The translations under genes and the position numbers were made by a program. A DNA stretch of 49,450 nucleotides from a virus. Taxonomy: Duplodnaviria; Caudoviricetes. The stretch covers positions 1 to 49,450 of IMG/VR virus record IMGVR_UViG_3300010362_000024; one strand, 5' to 3'. The notes beneath the pieces were generated by a model. The model was not told where the DNA came from, made no database searches, and worked only from the letters and a program-made list of their open reading frames with translations. Positions 43,270 to 49,450 of the stretch are shown here, piece by piece. The number at the start of each line of letters is the position of its first letter. The stretch's first letter is position 1.

Positions 43270-44334
43270 TCAAATTGGCTCCACCCATGCCTCAAGTTGT
43301 CCTAGCGTCGGGTCGTTGGGAGCAGTCAGTGTGCCGGTAGATGACAACGCCCACACCTCCACCCTGGTAGTGCCACCAGTCGCGACAGAGCGATCAATGG
43401 AGCCAGCCAAGGTTGTGGCCAACTGGAAGCCAGCAATGGCCGGCGATGTCAAACGACCCTGACGAGCCATGGTGTCAGTCACTGCCGCCGCCGCGCCCGT
43501 GATGTTGTAGCGAATATGGGTGTCGACAGTCTGCGACGCAGCCAACTGATAGTTGATCGAACATGCATACCGCACACGATGCGGATATGGGAAGGAAGGC
43601 ACCAAGACAGAACAAAGCCAAGTCTCTGTCGTGGTTATCGTTGTACCAGTCATCTGCGCAGTACCCTGGAACAAGGTACCACCAAACTGATACACCCACT
43701 TGGTTCCGTCCCACATGAATGTGCGGAACGTATCCAATTCACGAGCAATCATGCCAGGCAATAGATCGGTCAAGGCTGTGCGTGTCGCAGCATCAGCGAC
43801 CAGAATGGCGCCACCAAACACCGCGGCTTGGCCAGGGCGACGGTCAGTGATCTCGGCCGTTGTGACGGTTGTCGGGTTGCGAGCCGCCAATGATAGCACC
43901 GATACACGAGCCAACTCGATGCTATTTGACGGTCTGGCCGGCGGAGCAGGCGATGGGGCAGGCGTGCCAGCGATGGCGACAATCTCCCATGGCGATCCAG
44001 CGGTACCGCCGGTGTACTGCTCATCACGTACACGGGCCACGATGAGGTCGATGCGGCCGTTGGTCGGGTCAGCAGCGACCAGCGGAATGTTGAGAGAGCC
44101 GCGGTTCTCAACAAAGTACATCCCCTGATAGATCGTTGCCTCACCTTCGATCATGGCACGACCGCCAGCCACATCAACAGAGCGGTCAGGCGTGCCGCGC
44201 GCCGTGACAGCAAAGTCAGCGGTGCCAAAGATGCCAGGCCTGTCCTGGAACATGGCAGACATCCAACGCCGCACAGCCTCCGCATCGTGGTCAACTCTTG
44301 CCTGCATGAACAGCGCAGGCTGCCTGATGGTCAT
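43270..44334 (-). CDS. Minor tail protein
   Basis: 'AADPTNGRIDLIVARVRD...GTPAPSPAPP...LARV...ITDRR' motif common in actinophage minor tail proteins. Confidence 0.75.
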   Translation of the reverse strand: MTIRQPALFMQARVDHDAEAVRRWMSAMFQDRPGIFGTADFAVTARGTPDRSVDVAGGRAMIEGEATIYQGMYFVENRGSLNIPLVAADPTNGRIDLIVARVRDEQYTGGTAGSPWEIVAIAGTPAPSPAPPARPSNSIELARVSVLSLAARNPTTVTTAEITDRRPGQAAVFGGAILVADAATRTALTDLLPGMIARELDTFRTFMWDGTKWVYQFGGTLFQGTAQMTGTTITTTETWLCSVLVPSFPYPHRVRYACSINYQLAASQTVDTHIRYNITGAAAAVTDTMARQGRLTSPAIAGFQLATTLAGSIDRSVATGGTTRVEVWALSSTGTLTAPNDPTLGQLEAWVEPI

Positions 44335-44344
44335 CGCTGCCTCC

Positions 44345-45190
44345 CTACATCCATGCACTGCTCCATCTGACAGTCAGCAGCGCGGTCGTTTGTGTACTGG
44401 CCCTGAACTGGATCTCGTTGTCACCAGGCTGAAGCATCCACCAGCCATGGTTGACGATGTTAGCGAACCTGCTTGCCGTACCGTTGAGCATCGCAGTGTG
44501 GTTGGCGAAGTCAACCTCCAGCCAATCACCCGCGGCGATGCTGATGTTGAACGATAGGTACTCACCGGTGTTGGCCAGCAGCAGCACAGGATTAGCACAA
44601 GGGCCATCAATGCGAGCCCATACAGGCGCAGGTGCGGTTCCATCATTCGGAGCATCGATGGATCCACCAGTCGACACAGCACCAAACACCAACGAGAACA
44701 CAAGTGAGAACTGCAATCCGCCGCCAGCAGTAGGCAAGGTGGACGTGCCCTCGTGGATGTCCTCCTCATACACACGAGGGTCAGAAGCATGAAACTCCAC
44801 CGCCCATGCCACCATACCACGTGACGCTTCATCCAAGGTGATGGACCGTCGGCGCGGCCGGGCAGAGATGCGTCGCTGTTGTCCACCGTAGATGCCAGGC
44901 AGCCAGAAGACAAGGTCATCCTCTTGGCCATGTGTCATCGCCGCGGTGAACTGCTCAAGCAGAGTGTCGAGCGTGTCATGACTCAACTCTGCCACGACGG
45001 TGCCACTCAAGGTGAATATCTTGGCGCCTGCGAAGTCATCACCGGGCCACACACCATCACGCCGCAACTTGTTCGCATCGCTGGTCCTGATCTCCGGCAA
45101 GTCCAGCAATCCGCCACGACCAGGCACAGGCATTGGGGTCCCACGGCCAAACGTCAGCCCACGATATGAGTACTGTCCGATGTCAACCAT
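44345..45190 (-). CDS. Distal tail protein (Dit)
   Basis: 281 aa directly after the tape measure; 'FHASDPRVY', 'NDGTAPAP...IDGPCANP', 'LQPGDNEI'. Confidence 0.75.
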   Translation of the reverse strand: MVDIGQYSYRGLTFGRGTPMPVPGRGGLLDLPEIRTSDANKLRRDGVWPGDDFAGAKIFTLSGTVVAELSHDTLDTLLEQFTAAMTHGQEDDLVFWLPGIYGGQQRRISARPRRRSITLDEASRGMVAWAVEFHASDPRVYEEDIHEGTSTLPTAGGGLQFSLVFSLVFGAVSTGGSIDAPNDGTAPAPVWARIDGPCANPVLLLANTGEYLSFNISIAAGDWLEVDFANHTAMLNGTASRFANIVNHGWWMLQPGDNEIQFRASTQTTALLTVRWSSAWM

Positions 45191-47783
45191 TGAACCTCAA
45201 ATCCCACGCAATTGTGCGGCTCACGTCCTCAGCCGTCAACATCTGCCCGTACACATTGGTCGTTATTTGCTGCCCTCCCGCGCCCGGCGCTTGAACGTTG
45301 ACCACAGGCGCAGGAGTCGGCACAGGGACAGTCAAGCCAGTCAGGGGCGTGGTGATCACCGGGGTCAACGCCTTCATCATCGCCTGTATGTCACCAATGC
45401 CCGACGCAATACCAGCGGCCAAATCAGACACGATCACCTCACCGCTCTGCTCCGGCGGATGGTCGTGGAGTGGTCCTTCCTTGGCAGGGCTGAACGGCAA
45501 GAAGCCAGTCACCTTGCTGACCACACTGTGCATCACATCGCCAACCTTGCTAATCATCGAGCCAATGCCGTCGATCAGGCCCTGTATGATCTTCTTGCCC
45601 GACTCAAACAGCCACGAACCAGCGCCAAGGAATGCACCCATAACGCGCGATGGCAACCCGCTGATCCATGAACCCAAGGAGCCCATCATGCTACTGATGC
45701 CATTGATCAGGCCTTGGATGAGTTCAGCGCCCTTGGACCAGAGCAAGCCTCCCAACGAGCCAATCGCGCCCAAGATGCGGCCAGGCAATCCTGCCACAAA
45801 CGAGATCACCGCGCCTATGACACCCTCAACTGTCGACCTCATTGCGCCCCAAGCAGCGTTCCAGCCACGCTGTATCAGACCAATGCCGATGTTGATGATG
45901 TTCGAAATGATCGTCATGACTGTCTGGATGATCACTTGGATGTGATCCCAAACTGCCTGGATGATCCCTTGAATTGCCTCCCAAGCACCGGACCAGTCAC
46001 CACGGATGAGTGCGGCGACTGTGCGGATGATCCCGGTGATCACGGCCAGGATGGTCTCGATGTAGGACTTGATGAACCCAAATACGGCCATCACAATGTT
46101 CGTGATCTGCGTACCAAAGTTCTGCCAGATCCACATCACTGCGGTCACAAATGCTTCGATGATCGTGCGCCACAGGTCGATTTGGAACTTGATGATCGGC
46201 CACACACGCATGAAGACAGCAGAGATGAGGTCGCCCAGCGCGGCAAACAACGGGAAGACATTGCTCTTGATCCAGCCTGCCAGCGAGACCATAAGCGCGA
46301 TGACTGTGGTAACAAACGTCTTCACAGCAGGCACACCGGTATTCATGATCCAGTCCCAGGCGGCTTGCAGGCCTTGCCATAAGCCATCGACTGCCTTGCG
46401 AACACCAGTGAACCTCTGGTACGCCATGTACAGGATAACACCGAGCGCGATCAGCGCGGCAATGATGCCAAGCACAATCAACACCACCGGATTGTCCGCC
46501 AACACCGCACACGCACCAGCAACCAACATGATTCCGCCGGCCACCATGACCAAGACCCCACCAAGGATCAGCAACCCTGCCACCGCAGCCGCTACGATGG
46601 CAGCCACCTTGAGTATCTTGGGGTCGACACTGGCCAGACTGTTGACCCATTCGGTGACCTTGTCCACGATGCCGCGGATGACATCTTGGAGCGGCCGGCC
46701 AGCGGTGATCATGAAGGTTTCAATGGACCCCTTCATTTGTTCAACTGACCCGCCGAGGTTGTCCATCCGCTTCTGGGCCACATCGGTCGCAGACACTTTG
46801 CCCATCGAAGCAGCGAAGTCATCCATCCCCTGCTTGCCAGTATCCGCAATGACCGCAGCAGCGCGGATCGCATCGGAGCCGAACAATGTCTCCAATGTCG
46901 CTGTCTTCTGAGCATCGGTCATCCCCTGCAAGGAAGTCTGCAGCACCCCAGCAATGTCAGACATACTCTTGATCTTGCCTGTGGCATCGAAGAATTGGTT
47001 GGCACCATCCTTGGTGATGATGCCCAAGTCCTTCATCAAGTCCAACTGCTTCTTGGTCTGCGGCTGGAGATTGCTCAGCATCGTCTTGAGCGATGTGCCA
47101 GCGTCAGAGCCGCGGATGCCAGCGTTGCCCATCACACCGATCGCGGTTGCCAAGTCATCGAAGGGCAAGCCCACAAGGTGAGCCATGGCACCGGCCTGCT
47201 GGAGTGACTGGCCGAGGTCAGTAACATCGATGGCTGAAGCATTGGCCGCACCAGCGATCAGGTCGGCGATGTGCGGCATGTCAGAGGCTTGAAGGTTGAA
47301 CGCGTTCATGGCGTTCGCCGCGATCGTGGCAGCCGTCGTCAGATCAACCTCGCCAGCGGCAGCAAGGGCAACAGTCGCATCAGCAGCACCATTGATGACA
47401 TCAGTGGTCGACAGGCCAGCCTTGACCAACTCCTCCATTGCCGAGGCAGCCTCGCTGGCACTGAACTTTGTGTCAGCACCGAGTTGCAGGGCCTTGCTGC
47501 GAATCTTGTCCAGTTCATCGCCAGTAGCCCCACTCACTGCAGCAATCGCAGAAATGCGCTCTTCAAAGTCCGCGGCAGCATTGATGGCGATCGTCAGACC
47601 ACCAGCAATCGCAACACCAGCGCCGACCATGATCCCGCCCATGGCCATCACTTGGCCACCGGTCAACTTCGCTTGCTTGCTGACCCCCTGCATGCCAGTC
47701 TGCGCCTGATCAGTGCTCTGTTGAACACTATCAGTGTCGATTACAACCTTGCCTCGCGCGGTTCCAAGATCGTAGTCAGACAT
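45183..47783 (-). CDS. Tape measure protein (TP901-type core)
   Basis: 866 aa; 'ALQLGADTKFSASEAASAMEEL', 'GIRGSDAGTSLK'; Trp-periodic amphipathic repeats; 'PFSPAKEGPL'. Confidence 0.92.
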   Translation of the reverse strand: MSDYDLGTARGKVVIDTDSVQQSTDQAQTGMQGVSKQAKLTGGQVMAMGGIMVGAGVAIAGGLTIAINAAADFEERISAIAAVSGATGDELDKIRSKALQLGADTKFSASEAASAMEELVKAGLSTTDVINGAADATVALAAAGEVDLTTAATIAANAMNAFNLQASDMPHIADLIAGAANASAIDVTDLGQSLQQAGAMAHLVGLPFDDLATAIGVMGNAGIRGSDAGTSLKTMLSNLQPQTKKQLDLMKDLGIITKDGANQFFDATGKIKSMSDIAGVLQTSLQGMTDAQKTATLETLFGSDAIRAAAVIADTGKQGMDDFAASMGKVSATDVAQKRMDNLGGSVEQMKGSIETFMITAGRPLQDVIRGIVDKVTEWVNSLASVDPKILKVAAIVAAAVAGLLILGGVLVMVAGGIMLVAGACAVLADNPVVLIVLGIIAALIALGVILYMAYQRFTGVRKAVDGLWQGLQAAWDWIMNTGVPAVKTFVTTVIALMVSLAGWIKSNVFPLFAALGDLISAVFMRVWPIIKFQIDLWRTIIEAFVTAVMWIWQNFGTQITNIVMAVFGFIKSYIETILAVITGIIRTVAALIRGDWSGAWEAIQGIIQAVWDHIQVIIQTVMTIISNIINIGIGLIQRGWNAAWGAMRSTVEGVIGAVISFVAGLPGRILGAIGSLGGLLWSKGAELIQGLINGISSMMGSLGSWISGLPSRVMGAFLGAGSWLFESGKKIIQGLIDGIGSMISKVGDVMHSVVSKVTGFLPFSPAKEGPLHDHPPEQSGEVIVSDLAAGIASGIGDIQAMMKALTPVITTPLTGLTVPVPTPAPVVNVQAPGAGGQQITTNVYGQMLTAEDVSRTIAWDLRFNG

Positions 47784-47785
47784 GA

Positions 47786-48055
47786 CTACCTCCGGCCAGC
47801 AAACGGATCGGCATACTTCTTGGGCATGCCAAGTAGGTCACGCAAGACGTTCTCACGCTTGCCCCTGAGCAGCCTTGGGTTCTTGTCCTCCACTGCATCC
47901 ATCTCTGCCTTGACGATGTTGCCGAAGTACACACATGCTTCATCGAGGCAGAACGCTGCATACTCCTCATCAACTCCCAGTAGCAGGCTCGGTCGGCACT
48001 TCAGGTCCTGCGCCACCTGATACACTCGCCACAACAGCAGCCTGTTGTTCACGAA
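47786..48055 (-). CDS. Tail assembly chaperone, frameshifted C-terminal part (G-T type)
   Basis: Open +1 frame (FVNNRLLLWRVYQ...DPFAGRR) overlapping the chaperone and ending 2 nt before the tape-measure ATG; no convincing RBS of its own. Confidence 0.6.
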   Translation of the reverse strand, partial: FVNNRLLLWRVYQVAQDLKCRPSLLLGVDEEYAAFCLDEACVYFGNIVKAEMDAVEDKNPRLLRGKRENVLRDLLGMPKKYADPFAGRR

Positions 48056-48467
48056 AGGTATCCAAATCCCTGGTACCTCCCATAGCCCACTGCAACAGGA
48101 AGAACTTGTCGTTGTCCTCCAATTCATCGGTGTAGAGCACATCATCTGTGCGGTCTACCGCATTCTCTGGCGGCAATGAGACCTTGGGGTCCAACATGCA
48201 TTCGGACACAACAGCATCCACGAACGACATGTACTCATCCAACTTCTCCACATCCAATCCTTCAAGGCTGATCGCTGACGCAACATCGGCGCGTCCCTTG
48301 ATGGCCTTGTCGATCATGGCAAGGAGAGTGTTCGGCACGATGCCCTTGCGGACAAATGCTTGGAGACCAGGCGCACGAGCGATGCACACATGACCGCTCG
48401 GCAACCTGATCTCCCTGCCAGTCGCTGCCTTCTTCCAGTCAGCAACCGACGTGACGTTCTCACTCAT
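47970..48467 (-). CDS. Tail assembly chaperone
   Basis: 165 aa between the major tail and tape measure genes; GGAGG RBS. Confidence 0.75.
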   Translation of the reverse strand: MSENVTSVADWKKAATGREIRLPSGHVCIARAPGLQAFVRKGIVPNTLLAMIDKAIKGRADVASAISLEGLDVEKLDEYMSFVDAVVSECMLDPKVSLPPENAVDRTDDVLYTDELEDNDKFFLLQWAMGGTRDLDTFREQQAAVVASVSGGAGPEVPTEPATGS

Positions 48468-48499
48468 TTGGCCTCCATGGGCTCCTTGGGTGGTTGTTA

Positions 48500-49051
48500 C
48501 TAGGTGATGGCGACAGGCGTCTCGTTGTAGATGATCTGGTACAACTCATCGGTGTGCGTCGCAGCCACAGACGGATAGGCCGCGCCTGAGCACTTGGTGA
48601 GCACCCAGTTGCCGTCACTGAAGTTGTACTCGACATCACCGGTGGCCTTGCAACGCCACAGCACGCCGTGGACATCACCACCGTTGTCCGACATCACCTG
48701 GCCCTCAGCCTTGAAGAACGGCCGAGCATCGGTGGCCTTCTTGACAAACTTCTTGTTCTGCGCGGGCGTCGTGCCTGTGTCGGTGACAGCACCACCGATG
48801 ATGGCCTTCAGCACATCCAGGTGAACGCCACCAGCCTCCAACTCCCACGCAATCGTTGCGCCAGAGCCGTGAGCAGTGATGACCTTGTCATCACCACGCA
48901 GGTCGGTGAAGTCCTCACTCTCTGTGAATGAGAGCACCCGCGCCGCCGGCAAGTCCATTGAGGTGGTCGTGGTCTCCAAGACTGGATCAGTGATGGGGCT
49001 GATCTTGACGTCACGCAGACCGAATGGGTACGCCACTCCGAGTGGAGCCAT
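48500..49051 (-). CDS. Major tail protein
   Basis: 'YPFGLRDVK...LSFTESEDFTDLRGDD'; position before chaperone and tape measure. Confidence 0.8.
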   Translation of the reverse strand: MAPLGVAYPFGLRDVKISPITDPVLETTTTSMDLPAARVLSFTESEDFTDLRGDDKVITAHGSGATIAWELEAGGVHLDVLKAIIGGAVTDTGTTPAQNKKFVKKATDARPFFKAEGQVMSDNGGDVHGVLWRCKATGDVEYNFSDGNWVLTKCSGAAYPSVAATHTDELYQIIYNETPVAIT

Positions 49052-49241
49052 TGTCACTTCCCTTCTTGCTCGTTGGGTCCTTGAAGCACTGCGTGCTTAC
49101 ACATTCACCGGTCTTGACATCGAAGCGGTGAATGACTACGGTGCCCGGCCTGTGACCGCACCAGTTACTGCGGCACCTGACCTCAATGGTGTCACCATCG
49201 ATCACACCATGAAGAATCTGGGACGGGCAACGTAGTTCCAT
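49011..49241 (-). CDS. Small Zn-ribbon protein
   Basis: 'LRCP...LHG...IEVRCRSNWCG...HRFD'. Confidence 0.55.
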   Translation of the reverse strand: MELRCPSQILHGVIDGDTIEVRCRSNWCGHRPGTVVIHRFDVKTGECVSTQCFKDPTSKKGSDNGSTRSGVPIRSA

Positions 49242-49388
49242 CTACTGCTCTTCCTCACTGGGCTGCTCACCCTCAGGCGCAGCCTCCTCAGCCGGTGCCT
49301 CTTCAGGCGCGGTCTCAGGCGCTGTCTCTTCACTGCTTTCAGCCTCTGCCTCTTCAGCAGGCGGCATCGGAGTGGCCTCGTCGCTCAT
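49242..49388 (-). CDS. Small Glu/Ala/Pro-rich acidic protein (48 aa)
   Basis: MSDEATPMPPAEEAEAESSEETAPETAPEEAPAEEAAPEGEQPSEEEQ; GGAGG RBS; ATGA coupling. Confidence 0.55.
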   Translation of the reverse strand: MSDEATPMPPAEEAEAESSEETAPETAPEEAPAEEAAPEGEQPSEEEQ

Positions 49389-49450
49389 TCGTCACCTCCA
49401 TCCTTGCCCTCGTCACCGAACGCGAACTCACCAGGCAACTGATCCTCCAA
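49385..49450 (-). CDS. 3' end of a gene entering from the window edge
   Basis: ...LEDQLPGEFAFGDEGKDGGDE*; plausibly the end of the ORF that starts at 134. Confidence 0.45.
   Translation of the reverse strand: MEDQLPGEFAFGDEGKDGGDE

Noticed and set aside
188-49235. The many plus-strand ORFs in the six-frame track (e.g. 31920-32822, 25029-25925, 46069-46911)
   Set aside because: They are antisense shadows of well-supported minus-strand genes in GC-rich DNA, with no motifs or RBS.

Overview
The window is an essentially complete, circularly permuted ~49.5 kb siphovirus genome, probably actinobacterial (inferred from gene families and codon style). Every credible gene is on the minus strand. Reading the minus strand: a 1.5 kb repeat-rich non-coding region (39606-38200); an early region of small genes (38072-31475); a replication and nucleotide-metabolism block (SNF2 helicase, Cas4/RecB-like nuclease, Sak4-like ATPase, SSB-like protein, DnaE, ThyX-like, MazG-like, methylase, primase-helicase, RuvC-like, JAB); a packaging and head block (TerS, TerL, portal, MuF-ADP-ribosyltransferase fusion, scaffold, capsid, connectors); then, across the window edge, the tail genes and endolysin. 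I recognised no integrase, tRNA or CRISPR array. The standout feature is an array of 15 type II hammerhead ribozymes (31411-38195; 14 clear, 1 variant). Each has an intact GAAA / GUH / CUGAYGA core and its own co-varying loop-I pseudoknot, and almost all sit between one gene's stop codon and the next gene's ribosome-binding site. They would cut the early polycistronic transcript into one- or two-gene RNAs with 5'-OH and 2',3'-cyclic-phosphate ends, and a shared GUC/GAC stem II makes the halves interchangeable, suggesting circularisation or cassette shuffling. All protein family calls come from motif recognition by eye, not database searches.
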